A stretch of 64,000 nt of DNA from Pseudomonadota bacterium (GTDB taxonomy: Archaea; Thermoplasmatota; SW-10-69-26; JACQPN01; JAJPHT01). The notes below the pieces were generated by a model, which saw only the letters and a program-made list of their open reading frames with translations, did no database searches and was not told the origin of the DNA. The position numbers and the translations under genes were made by a program. The stretch is taken from assembly GCA_021325135.1 (NCBI GenBank), contig JAJPHT010000045.1:1-64000 (forward strand). Direction: 5' to 3'. Below, one piece after another: positions 24,657 to 34,064 of this stretch; the first letter of the stretch is position 1, and every line of letters starts with the position of its first letter.

Positions 24657-26312
24657 TCAACTCGTGGCGGGCGCGGCGCCGGGCGCCGCGACGGGGACGT
24701 CGAAGGTGAGCTTGGCGAACTCGTCGGGGCGCTGCAGGAGGACCCACACGCGCCAGGTGCCGACGGAGGTGAAGTAGCCGTCCTCCCCGCTGAAGGTGTC
24801 GGCGTTGATCTTGTCCAGGGGGATGATGGCGTCGGGCTCCTTCTCCCCGGCGCGGGCGACCTTGATGGAGACCTCGGTCGCGTTGGGGATGCCCTCGGCC
24901 GAGAGCGGGTGGAGGAGGACGGCGATCTTCTGGACGCCCACCTGGGGCGGGTTGGGGCTGACCTGGAGGACGACGTGCGTCGTCTTCGTGAAGTTGGTGA
25001 GCTCGAAGTACGCGGGAGGGCCCAGGGAGGCCTGCTCCGTCCCGACCTCGGGGGGCGCGGTGGACGCGAGGACGCCCGCGGCGGCGAGGACGCAGACCAT
25101 GGTGAAGGCCTCCACCTGGACCACGCGGCGGAAGAAGCGCGGGCTCGCGCTGCCGCGGGCGAGGCGCGGCCCCATGATCTCCTTGTTGTACGCGCCGATG
25201 AGGACGAGGACGCCCAGGAGCGCGACCTTGAGGAGCACGAGGCGCCCGTAGGGCTGGAGCCACAGGTCGGAGAGCGTGGGGACGTGGCGGAAGCTCGCCC
25301 ACGTGCCCGTGGCCAGGAGGACGCCCACGCTGGCGAGGGCCCACGGCGTGAAGCGCAGCACGACGCGGCTGGCCTCCTGCGCAGTGCGGCCCCAGAGGGT
25401 GTGCAGGAAGCCGACGACGCCGCCCACCCAGACGGCGCCCATGGCGAGGTGCAGCACGTCGGCCGCCAGCGAGAGCGCGCGCTCCCCGCGGTCCGCCGAG
25501 GCGTGGCTCCCCAGGGAGGTCGCGACCAGCGAGCCCAGGGCGAGGAGGACGCCCGCGCCCGCGAGGGGGCGGCGCGCGCCGGGGAGCCCCACCGCGGCCA
25601 AGGCGCACAGCACGCTGGCGGCGAGGAGGCCGCCGCGCCACGCGAACGAGAGCCCCGCCTCGGTGGAGATCGCCGAGCCGAAGCCCAGCCCCGTGCGCTG
25701 CGCGAGGAGGAGGACGTTGAGGAGCGCGGCCGCGGCGCCCAGGATGCCGAAGAGGGCGGCGGTCGCGAACGCGCTGCGCGGCATGCCCGCGTCGCGGTCG
25801 ATGACGAGGAGGAAGAAGGGGAGGCCCAGGGCGAGGAAGAGGCCCGCGTAGAAGACCGCCCGCGCGAAGCCGTCCTTCACCACGTCGCCGCTGGGGTGGT
25901 TGTGCACCTCGTTGGGGTCCAGGGGGACCTTGATGGTGGAGTTGCCCACGGAGAAGATGAACGTGCCCTGGAGGCTGTGCGAGTCGACGCTCAGCGTCTG
26001 CCAGTTCACGGTGTAGATGCCGTCCGCCAGGGGCTTCACCGGGAGGCGGATCTGGTTGTGGTGCTCCGCGTCGAACTCGATGGGGCCCGCCTTCACGCTG
26101 TTGCCCTGGAGGTCCAGCGCGTCGGCGTCGGTGTACTGGTGCTCCACGTCCTCGGTGAAGTTCATCACGACGACGGAGAGCCCGTACTCGGCGTGGCCGT
26201 TGGGGGGCGGATCGCTGGATTGGAGGCTCGCGTGCGCGGCGGCCAAGGGCGCGCTGAGCACGGCGGCCAGCGCGGCGAGGAGGACGATCCTTCGCAAGGC
26301 AGGAGCGCGCAC
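24657..26312 (-). CDS. CopC-CopD fusion copper transport protein
   Basis: AAA|HASLQSSDP, YTVNWQTLSVDSH...G.F.F.VG (CopC); SHAS, HLAMGAVWVGG, YG..VLLKVAL (CopD); C-terminal soluble domain. Confidence 0.9.
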   Translation of the reverse strand: MRAPALRRIVLLAALAAVLSAPLAAAHASLQSSDPPPNGHAEYGLSVVVMNFTEDVEHQYTDADALDLQGNSVKAGPIEFDAEHHNQIRLPVKPLADGIYTVNWQTLSVDSHSLQGTFIFSVGNSTIKVPLDPNEVHNHPSGDVVKDGFARAVFYAGLFLALGLPFFLLVIDRDAGMPRSAFATAALFGILGAAAALLNVLLLAQRTGLGFGSAISTEAGLSFAWRGGLLAASVLCALAAVGLPGARRPLAGAGVLLALGSLVATSLGSHASADRGERALSLAADVLHLAMGAVWVGGVVGFLHTLWGRTAQEASRVVLRFTPWALASVGVLLATGTWASFRHVPTLSDLWLQPYGRLVLLKVALLGVLVLIGAYNKEIMGPRLARGSASPRFFRRVVQVEAFTMVCVLAAAGVLASTAPPEVGTEQASLGPPAYFELTNFTKTTHVVLQVSPNPPQVGVQKIAVLLHPLSAEGIPNATEVSIKVARAGEKEPDAIIPLDKINADTFSGEDGYFTSVGTWRVWVLLQRPDEFAKLTFDVPVAAPGAAPATS

Positions 26313-26338
26313 GGAGCACCACGTTCTTGACGGTTGCC

Positions 26339-26992
26339 TCAGGAGCGGCGGCGTCCGACGGCCAGCGCGAGGGCGACGGCGCCCAGGCCCGCGACCACGA
26401 GGCCGACCTCCAGGCCGGGCGTGCCCTTGGCGGCGGGCGAGGAGGAGATCACGGTCGCGGGCGTGCTGCTGGTGGTGGTCGCCTTGGCCTCCAGCGCCGC
26501 GACGCGCGTCTGGAGGGACTCGACCTGCTGCGCGAGCTGCGTCACCTGCGCGCTGGTGTCGTTCTTCGCCGGGAACGCGGCGTCGTTGCCGTCCTGCACG
26601 TCCTCGATGGCGAAGTCCAGGTGCACGGGCGTGGAGGCGTCGAGGGTGCCGTCGACCTGCACGGTGTAGAGGCCGGCCTCGGTGGGCAGGATGGGGGCCG
26701 AGTAGTTGCCCGGGTCCTCGTCCGACTCCTCAAGGTCGAGCTGCTTCGACTGGCCCGCGTGGGTCACGGTCACGTTGAGCGTGTCCGCGAGGCCCGTGAC
26801 GCCCTCCTCGGTGTCGGTCTTCCAGACCTGGAGCGTCACGTGGTTGCGCGTGCCGCTGGCGGAGGGCTCGTCGCCCCAGCCCACCTTGAGGCTGTACGCG
26901 CCCTGCGTCTTGGTCACGTGGGCGGAGGCGAGGCCGGCGGCGGAGAGCGCAAGCGAGAGGAGGGCGAGAGAGACGAGGACGGGTCGGGTCAT
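26339..26992 (-). CDS. Secreted His1 protein with coiled coil and TPG-TM-RRR anchor (copper cluster)
   Basis: ASA|HVTK..VGWGDEP; Y.APILPTEAG.Y; KGTPGLEVGLVVAGLGAVALALAVGRRRS. Confidence 0.8.
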   Translation of the reverse strand: MTRPVLVSLALLSLALSAAGLASAHVTKTQGAYSLKVGWGDEPSASGTRNHVTLQVWKTDTEEGVTGLADTLNVTVTHAGQSKQLDLEESDEDPGNYSAPILPTEAGLYTVQVDGTLDASTPVHLDFAIEDVQDGNDAAFPAKNDTSAQVTQLAQQVESLQTRVAALEAKATTTSSTPATVISSSPAAKGTPGLEVGLVVAGLGAVALALAVGRRRS

Positions 26993-27110
26993 GGTCGATT
27001 CCTCAAGGGGGTTTTAACAGCCCTCGAACGGAATGCGTCGCTTAAGCGTTCCGGAAGCACCCTCGCAAGGCTCCAACAGGCTCTTGGCGGTCGGCCGTGC
27101 TCGCGGGGCC

Positions 27111-27419
27111 ATGCTCGCCCTCCTGGACGGCACCGACCCTGCCGCGACGCCCTACTCCTCGGCCACCTCGGCCGTGGTGGCGCTCCTCGCGCTGGTCATG
27201 GCGCTCATCGCGTTCCGCGCCGCGGGCCGCAAGCGCAACCCGGGCCTGCGCTGGGTGGGCTTCGCGTTCGTCCTCTTCGCGGCGAAGAACGTCTTCAGCG
27301 CCTACAACGTCGTCACGCACTTCGTCCTCCACGACGACATCGAGCTGGTCATCTCCCTCTTCGACCTCGTCATCATGCTGCTCCTCTTCGTGCCCCTCTT
27401 CTCCAGGCGCAGGAGCTGA
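27111..27419 (+). CDS. Small 3-TM membrane protein, partner of the adjacent wHTH regulator
   Basis: Three hydrophobic helices; AFRAAGRKRNPGLRWVG; HFVLHDD loop. Confidence 0.75.
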   Translation: MLALLDGTDPAATPYSSATSAVVALLALVMALIAFRAAGRKRNPGLRWVGFAFVLFAAKNVFSAYNVVTHFVLHDDIELVISLFDLVIMLLLFVPLFSRRRS

Positions 27420-27421
27420 GC

Positions 27422-27946
27422 GTGCCCCGCGACGGGGTGAAGCCGGGCATCCGCAAGCAGGTCTACGATGCCGTGCGCCGCTACGCGGGCATCCACGTCC
27501 GCGGGCTGGAGAGGAACCTGGGCGTCTCCGCGCCCCTTGTGCAGTACCACCTCAAGCGCCTCGTGGAGGGGGGCTTCGTCGAGGCGCGCGAGCAGGGGGG
27601 CTACACGCGCTACTACGCGACCAGCAAGGCCGAGCGCGTGCGCGAGGAGGACCGCGACCTCCTGGGGCTCCTGCGCGAGGAGGTGCCGCTCCACATCGCG
27701 CTCCTCCTCCTGGACGCGGGCCCCATGACCCACGGCGCGCTGGTCGACCGCCTGGGCATGGCGAAGAGCAGCGTCAGCTATCACCTGGCCAAGCTCGCCC
27801 AGGCCGGCTTCGTGGAGCGCGAGCCCGGCTCGCACCGCATCCGCCTCGCGCAGCCCGAGCGCGTGCAGGCCCTCCTCCTCGCCCACGAGCCGACGCCCGA
27901 CCTGCTGGACGCCTTCGCCGGGCTCTGGGGCGACCTCTACAAGTAG
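27422..27946 (+). CDS. Tandem winged-HTH transcriptional regulator
   Basis: GIHVRGLER.LGVS...VQYHLKRL and MTHGAL...LGMAKSSVSYHLAKL; divergent from the copper operon. Confidence 0.85.
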   Translation: MPRDGVKPGIRKQVYDAVRRYAGIHVRGLERNLGVSAPLVQYHLKRLVEGGFVEAREQGGYTRYYATSKAERVREEDRDLLGLLREEVPLHIALLLLDAGPMTHGALVDRLGMAKSSVSYHLAKLAQAGFVEREPGSHRIRLAQPERVQALLLAHEPTPDLLDAFAGLWGDLYK

Positions 27947-28107
27947 CCCTCTGGACGCGAGGGTCACCACGCCACGCGGCGACGCTTGGGGGATCGTCGC
28001 GTCAAGACGTGACGGAAGACGGAGAACACCGGCGAGCCCGGAGGACGCCGACCCGAAGGGCAGGCAGCGCAACACCTTTTTCCCGGGACCCCGCCTTCGC
28101 CGGGACC

Positions 28108-29433
28108 ATGGACTACCCCGAGGCGGTCGCCCGTCTTCTCCAGGAGGCCGGCGCCGGGCTTGGCGACGAGGTCGAGGTGCGCGCCGCGGACGGCCGCGTC
28201 TGGAAGGGCCTCGTCATGGAGCACCACGCCTTCAGCGCGCCCCACGTGCTGACGCTGAAGCTTTCCAGCGGCTACAACGTGGGCGTCGCCGTGGAGGGCG
28301 CCTCGCTGCGGCTCGCGCGCAAGGTGCCCGCCCGGGAGCGCGCGCCCAAGTCCACGGCGGCCCGCGATGGGCTTCCGGTGGTGAGCATCCTCGCCACGGG
28401 CGGCACCATCGCGTCCTACGTCGACTACCGCACCGGCGCCGTCCACCCCGTCACGAGCCCCGAGGAATTGGCCAGCGCGGTGCCCGAGCTCGCCCACACG
28501 GCGAGCCTGCGCACGCGCATCGTGTTCAGCATGTTCTCGGAGGACCTCCAGCCGGAGCACTGGCAGAGGATCGCCCGCGAGGTCAAGGCCGAGTTCGACG
28601 CCGGCGCCCACGGCGTCGTCGTCACGCACGGCACGGACACCATGCAGTTCACCGCGGCCGCGCTCTCCTTCTTCCTCCACGACCTGCCCGGCCCCGTCGT
28701 CCTCGTGGGCGCGCAGCGCAGCAGCGACCGCCCTTCCAGCGACGCCAGCATGAACCTCCACGCCGCGGTGGCCGTCGCCGCGGGCACGCGTCTGGGCGAG
28801 GTCGTCGTCGTCATGCACGGCGACACCAGCGACGCGAGCTGCCTCATCCACCGCGGCACGCGCGTCCGCAAGATGCACACGAGCCGCCGCGACGCGTTCC
28901 AGTCCCTCAACGCGCTCCCCCTGGGCCGCGTCGACTTCGAGGCGAATCGCCCGGTGGTGCGCCTCACCGAGCCCCACCGCCACGCGGGCAAGGGCCCCGT
29001 GCGCGTGGACGACGCGATGAACGAGCGCGTCGCCATGATCCAGAGCTACCCCGGCCTCTGGCCCGACCACATCGAGAGCGTCGTCCTGGACGGCGTCGTC
29101 CTCGTGGGCACGGGGCTGGGCCACGTCGCGGAGCGCACCTTCCCCGCGATGGAGAAGCTCCAGCGCGAAGGCAAGTTCGTCGTCATGGCGAGCCAGTGCT
29201 TGAGCGGCCGCGTCAACATGAACGTCTACTCCACGGGCCGCGACCTCCAGCGCCTGGGCGTCATCCCCGCGGAGGACATGCTCCCCGAGGTCGCCTACGT
29301 CAAGGCCATGTGGGTGCTCGCCCACGCGAAGACGCGCGACGAGGCGCGGCGTCTCTTCCTCACCCCCATGGCGGGCGAGATGGACGAGCGCACCGACGTC
29401 GAGGCGTTCCCCCGGCCGGAGGTGGCGCAGTGA
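28108..29433 (+). CDS. gatD: Glu-tRNA(Gln) amidotransferase subunit D
   Basis: LKLSSGYNVG, TGGTIASYVDYRTGAV, HGTDT, GAQRSSDRPSSD, RKMHTSRRDAF, GTGLGH. Confidence 0.97.
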   Translation: MDYPEAVARLLQEAGAGLGDEVEVRAADGRVWKGLVMEHHAFSAPHVLTLKLSSGYNVGVAVEGASLRLARKVPARERAPKSTAARDGLPVVSILATGGTIASYVDYRTGAVHPVTSPEELASAVPELAHTASLRTRIVFSMFSEDLQPEHWQRIAREVKAEFDAGAHGVVVTHGTDTMQFTAAALSFFLHDLPGPVVLVGAQRSSDRPSSDASMNLHAAVAVAAGTRLGEVVVVMHGDTSDASCLIHRGTRVRKMHTSRRDAFQSLNALPLGRVDFEANRPVVRLTEPHRHAGKGPVRVDDAMNERVAMIQSYPGLWPDHIESVVLDGVVLVGTGLGHVAERTFPAMEKLQREGKFVVMASQCLSGRVNMNVYSTGRDLQRLGVIPAEDMLPEVAYVKAMWVLAHAKTRDEARRLFLTPMAGEMDERTDVEAFPRPEVAQ

Positions 29434-31349
29434 GCGCGCCCGACTACGCAGCCCTCGGCTTCAAGGCGGGCCTGGAGATCCACCAGCAATTGGACACGCC
29501 GAAGCTCTTCTGCCGCTGCCCCAGCCGCCTCGACGAGACGGAGGCCGTGGACGTGGACTTCCAGCGCCAGCTTCGCCCCACCGCCAGCGAGCTTGGCGAG
29601 ATCGACCGCGCCGCCGTGGAGGAGGCGCGCAAGGCGCTGCGCTTCGAGTACGTGGGCGAGCGCCACACGGCGTGCCTCGTGGAGATGGACGAGGAGCCGC
29701 CCCACGCGCTGGGCCACGAGGCGCTTCTGGCAGCGCTCCAGATGTCTCTGCTGCTGAAGGCCAAGCCCGTGGACGAGGTCCACGTCATGCGCAAGATCGT
29801 GGTCGACGGCAGCAACACCTCGGGCTTCCAGCGCACGAGCCTCCTGGCCACCGAAGGGCTCGTGGAGGCCAAGGAGGGGCCCGTCCGCATGGCGACCTTC
29901 TGCCTGGAGGAGGACAGCGCCCGGAGGCTCGACCGCGTCGGCAACCTGCAACGCTATCGGCTTGACCGCCTGGGCATCCCCCTGGTGGAGATCGCGACGG
30001 AGCCCGACCTCAAGGGGCCCGCCCACGCGCGCGAGGTCGCCGAGGCCATCGGCAGCGCGCTGCGCGCCACGGGCAAGGCCAAGCGCGGCATCGGCACCAT
30101 CCGCCAGGACCTCAACGTCAGCATCCGCGAAGGCGCCCGCGTCGAGATCAAGGGCGTCCAGGAGCTTCGCCTCATCGAGCCCGCCGTCGAATGGGAGGTC
30201 CGTCGGCAGGCCCACCTTCTTGATATCAAAAAGGAGCTTCTCGCGCGCGGCGCCAAGGCGTCCGACTACGAGCGCCCCGTCGTCGACCTCACCGAGGGCT
30301 TCCGCGCGAGCAACGCCAAGATGATCGCCGGCGCCATCGCCTCCGGGCAGGGCGTCCACGGCGTCAAGCTCCCGCACCTCGCGGGCCTCCTGGGCAAGAA
30401 GAGCGACGAGGCGATGCCCCCGCCCCGTGTCGGGCGCGAGCTGGCCGACTACGCCAAGGTCAAGGCCGGCGTCAAGGGCATCTTCCACAGCGACGAGCTT
30501 CCCGCCTACGGCATCGCGCAGGCCGAGGTCGACGCCGCGCGCCAGCGCCTGGGGTGCGGACCCCACGACGCGTTCGCCCTCGTCGTGGAGAAGCGCGAGG
30601 TCGCCGAGGTCGCGCTCCAGGGCGTGCTTGCGCGCGCGGCGCTGCTGCTCCACGGCGTCCCCGAGGAGACGCGCGACCTCAACCCCGACGGCACGTCGCG
30701 CTATCTCCGCCCCCTGCCCGGCGGCGCGCGCATGTACCCCGAGACGGACGTGCCCCCGCTGCGGCTGGACGCCGCCATGGTGGAGCGCATCCGCGCGGAC
30801 CTGCCCGAGACCATGGCGCAGAAGCTGGAGCGCTTCCCCAAGCAGCACCGCGACATCTCCGAGGAGCAGGCGCGGCAGATCGTCCGCGGCGAGTGGGACC
30901 GCGAGTTCGAGGCCCTGGTGCAGGCCACCGGCCTCGCCAAGGAGGCCGCGCGCCTTCTGCTGAGCACGCTGCCGGAGCTCGTGGCCAAGGGCGTCCCCGC
31001 CGAGCGGCTGACGCTGGCGCGCATGCTCGACGCCCTCACGCGCGTGAAGGAAGGCGCGTTCGCCAAGGAGGCGCTCCCCGGCGTGCTCGAGGCCATGGCG
31101 CGGCAGGGGATCGGCGCGCAGCAGGCCGCGCAGGCCCTCGGCCTCGGCGGCCTCGACAAGGACGCGCTGCGCCGCGAGATCGACGAGGAAATCTCCAAGA
31201 ACGCCGCGCTCGTCGCGAAGCAGGGCCTCCGCGCCGCGGGCCCCCTCATGGGCCCCATCATGGCGCGCCACAAGGGGAAGGTCAGCGGCGCCGAGATCAG
31301 CGCGCTGCTGCAAGAAAGGCTGCAGCTGTGGATCGAGCACTCCCGGTAG
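29430..31349 (+). CDS. gatE: Glu-tRNA(Gln) amidotransferase subunit E
   Basis: GLEIHQQLDT.KLFC.CP, MRKIVVDGSNTSGFQRT, LDRLGIPLVEIAT, RPLPGGARMYPETD. Confidence 0.97.
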   Translation: MSAPDYAALGFKAGLEIHQQLDTPKLFCRCPSRLDETEAVDVDFQRQLRPTASELGEIDRAAVEEARKALRFEYVGERHTACLVEMDEEPPHALGHEALLAALQMSLLLKAKPVDEVHVMRKIVVDGSNTSGFQRTSLLATEGLVEAKEGPVRMATFCLEEDSARRLDRVGNLQRYRLDRLGIPLVEIATEPDLKGPAHAREVAEAIGSALRATGKAKRGIGTIRQDLNVSIREGARVEIKGVQELRLIEPAVEWEVRRQAHLLDIKKELLARGAKASDYERPVVDLTEGFRASNAKMIAGAIASGQGVHGVKLPHLAGLLGKKSDEAMPPPRVGRELADYAKVKAGVKGIFHSDELPAYGIAQAEVDAARQRLGCGPHDAFALVVEKREVAEVALQGVLARAALLLHGVPEETRDLNPDGTSRYLRPLPGGARMYPETDVPPLRLDAAMVERIRADLPETMAQKLERFPKQHRDISEEQARQIVRGEWDREFEALVQATGLAKEAARLLLSTLPELVAKGVPAERLTLARMLDALTRVKEGAFAKEALPGVLEAMARQGIGAQQAAQALGLGGLDKDALRREIDEEISKNAALVAKQGLRAAGPLMGPIMARHKGKVSGAEISALLQERLQLWIEHSR

Positions 31350-31553
31350 GGAGGGCTCGAGAGGCCGATCCCGACGAGCGCCCAAGGGGCGCGAGGAGAG
31401 GCTTCGGCCGGATCGCCGCGCACCCGGCCAACTGATCAGGTTGGCCGGGGAGCGGGTCTGCGCATCGTTTGCAGCGGGCAAGGCCGGGCTGCAGGCAAGC
31501 GTGCGGCGGCGGGCGGGATATCGTTTTGGCCAGGGGCCCTGGGGACCTGGGCC

Positions 31554-33122
31554 TCACGCGGGCGCCGAGAGCAGCGCGGGGTCCAGCGGCGCGCCGCCGG
31601 TCACCGCGTTGACGTACCCCTCCGCGGCGCCCACGAAGGGGACGTACACGAGCTCCAGCGCGGCGGGCGCGTGCGCCACGGCGCCGAGGCCGCGCACCTC
31701 GTGGAGCAGGGCCGCGTTGGGCGCGGGAGCCGGGAGGAACTGCGCGCGGCTGCCCGCGTCGAGGAAGTGCGTCGGCGCGCGGCGGCGCATGGCGTCCAGC
31801 AGCGCGGGGCCGTCGGGGTCGGGCTTGCCGGTGAGGGCGTTGACGAGGACCTCGCCCTCGCCCCACGGCGTCGCCACCGGGAGGACCCAGTGCGGGAGGA
31901 AGACGAGGCGCTTCACGGCGGAGAGGCCGCCCGCGTCGAGCACGCGCGAGAGGGGCGGCGCCATGGCGGCGGCGGGCGCGAGGACGCGGCCTTCGGGGCG
32001 CGAGCCGGGCGGCTCGCTCAACATGCGCGTCGCGAGGAGGCCGCGCAGGCGCTGGCCCTTGAGCGTCGCGAGGATCGCGTGCTCCTCGCCGTTGAGGTCG
32101 CGCTCCAGGAGCACCGAGGCGAGGCGGCTGGCCTCCTCCATGAGGACGCTGCGCTCCTCCAGCGTCGCGGCGCCCTGCGCCTCGCGGAGCATCGCGTTGA
32201 GGCGCCGCTCCAGGCGCACTCCCGCGTCGCTCCACGAGAAGACCAGCGCGTGGCAGCAGGGGCCTTCGAGCCACGCGCGCAGGCGGCGCGCCTCGGCGGC
32301 GTCGCCGCGCACGTCCAGGTGCGCGCCGCGGGCGAGGGCGGGGAACGCGAGGCGCGAGGCGCGCACGCGCAGCGCGGGGGAGAGCGCGCCCTCCGCGCGC
32401 GGCGGCAGGCGCACCACGAGGGCGCTCCCGTCGCGCTCGCACGAGGCGCCGTTCTCGGTGAGCGCGGCGGCGAGGGCGTCGAGGTCCGCCTCGGCGTGGA
32501 GGCGGTCGCGGGGGCGCAGCGGAAGGGTGGCGAGGTCGAGGAGCGCGACGCCTGCGAGGCTCCAGCCGCGGACGAGGTGCCGGGGGAGCCGGCCCGGCGC
32601 GTCGAGGACGACGCGCAGCGTCAGCGCGAGGCCGGCGCGCTTCCCCGACGCGTCGAACGCGCGCTCCAGCGCGGCGAGGCGCGCGCCCGCCAGCAAGGGG
32701 GCGAGGAGCGCGGCCGCGAGGCCCAGCGTCCAGCCCCACGCGCCGCTCGTGGGCAGCAGCGCGAGGACGGGGCCGCCCCACGGGGCGAGGGCGTGGCCGG
32801 CGACGGCCAGCACGAGGGCGAGGGTCCCGGCGAGGCCCGCGAGGGTGAGCCACGCGCCGCCGCGGCGGCGGGCGGGGACGAGGAGGGCGAGCGCGAGGAG
32901 CGCGGGAAGCGCGATCCACGGCGCGAGGGCGAGGCCGCCGACGCGCCCGTCGAGGCGGCCCGCGAGGAGGCCTGCGGCGCCCCACACGGCCACGGCCCCC
33001 GCGACGCAGGCGAGGAGGCGGGCGCGGGCGACGAGGGAGGGGCCGCTGGAGCCGGCGAGGCCGCCCGGGGGGCGCGGCGCTTCATGGAGGCGCGACGTGC
33101 CGGCGAGCGGGCTCCAGGCCAT
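31554..33122 (-). CDS. Hypothetical membrane protein (N-terminal TMs, C-terminal soluble region)
   Basis: Several hydrophobic helices, then VFLPHWV..EVLVNALTG and LVYVPF..YVNAVTG; start uncertain. Confidence 0.6.
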   Translation of the reverse strand: MAWSPLAGTSRLHEAPRPPGGLAGSSGPSLVARARLLACVAGAVAVWGAAGLLAGRLDGRVGGLALAPWIALPALLALALLVPARRRGGAWLTLAGLAGTLALVLAVAGHALAPWGGPVLALLPTSGAWGWTLGLAAALLAPLLAGARLAALERAFDASGKRAGLALTLRVVLDAPGRLPRHLVRGWSLAGVALLDLATLPLRPRDRLHAEADLDALAAALTENGASCERDGSALVVRLPPRAEGALSPALRVRASRLAFPALARGAHLDVRGDAAEARRLRAWLEGPCCHALVFSWSDAGVRLERRLNAMLREAQGAATLEERSVLMEEASRLASVLLERDLNGEEHAILATLKGQRLRGLLATRMLSEPPGSRPEGRVLAPAAAMAPPLSRVLDAGGLSAVKRLVFLPHWVLPVATPWGEGEVLVNALTGKPDPDGPALLDAMRRRAPTHFLDAGSRAQFLPAPAPNAALLHEVRGLGAVAHAPAALELVYVPFVGAAEGYVNAVTGGAPLDPALLSAPA

Positions 33123-33194
33123 GCGGCTCCATCTCCGGGGTCGCACCATAATCGTTTGGAAACGCTTCTTGGCGGGCGCCGCCATGCCGCGCTC

Positions 33195-33656
33195 GTGGCG
33201 GAGCGGCGCCTGGTGAACGTCATGGTGTTCGCGGCGCGCCCGCTGCGCGTCCTCCTGCTGCGCCGCCCGCCGGAGCGCGCCGCAGGGTGGCAGTCGGTGA
33301 CGGGCCGCGTCGAGCCCGAGGATGCTCACGGCCCCGCGCCCGCGATGCTGCGCGGGCCCCCCGCGACGCCCGAGGTCCCCACCCTCGTCCGCGCGTGCCT
33401 CCGCGAGATCGCGGAGGAGACGGGCCTGGGCCCGCCGCTGGAGCTCATCGACCTGGGGCGCGAGTCGTCGTTCGTCGGGTACGACGGCGTGACGTACCGC
33501 CAGCGCACGTTCGCGGCCCGCTACGCGGACGCGACGCCGCCCCTGCACACGCCCGAGCACGAGGAGGGGCGCTGGGTGGGGGCGGAGGAGGCGATGAGGC
33601 TCTTCACGTGGGAGACGGACCGCGAGTCGCTGCGCGCGCTCCTGGCGGCCTGGTGA
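33195..33656 (+). CDS. NUDIX hydrolase (NudB-like)
   Basis: VLLLRR...GWQSVTGRVEP...REIAEETGL; EH...W...EEA. Confidence 0.85.
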   Translation: MAERRLVNVMVFAARPLRVLLLRRPPERAAGWQSVTGRVEPEDAHGPAPAMLRGPPATPEVPTLVRACLREIAEETGLGPPLELIDLGRESSFVGYDGVTYRQRTFAARYADATPPLHTPEHEEGRWVGAEEAMRLFTWETDRESLRALLAAW

Positions 33657-33677
33657 GGCGGGCCTCGTCGCGCGGGC

Positions 33678-33902
33678 TCAGACGGAGAGGATGCCGTGGA
33701 CGTGGATCGACTCCACGCACCCCAGGAGCCAGTCGCTCCAGTGGGGCAGGACGTCCAGGCCTGGCACGGGGCAGAGGATGTCGACGCAGACCGTGACCAC
33801 GTCGCAGAGGGGCGAGCTTGCCCTGAGGTCCGCCTCCGCCGCCGCGAAGGGGGCGGGGAGCAGGAGCGCGAGGACCACGCCGAGGGGGAGGAAGCGGTTC
33901 AT
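33678..33902 (-). CDS. Small secreted 4-Cys protein (74 aa)
   Basis: MNRFLPLGVVLALLLPAPFAAA signal; four Cys in the mature part. Confidence 0.6.
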   Translation of the reverse strand: MNRFLPLGVVLALLLPAPFAAAEADLRASSPLCDVVTVCVDILCPVPGLDVLPHWSDWLLGCVESIHVHGILSV

Positions 33903-34064
33903 GGGGGCACGTCGCGCCCCGACGCGCCCCGCGGGGGATCAACTCCGCCCTGCCCCTGGGGGGACGGACGAAACGCGGCTCTCCGTCGTTGCGTCGGTCG
34001 CGCCCCTTCTCCGGCCGGGCTCTAGCTTTATGTCTCCCTGGGTGGGTCGGCAGAAGGGCAGGCC

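Noticed and set aside
26327-29433. Apparent long fusions in the ORF track (26327-27946; 27097-29433; also 15987-17993 and 21022-22542)
   Set aside because: The upstream extensions overlap other real genes or a tRNA; the recognisable proteins start at internal codons
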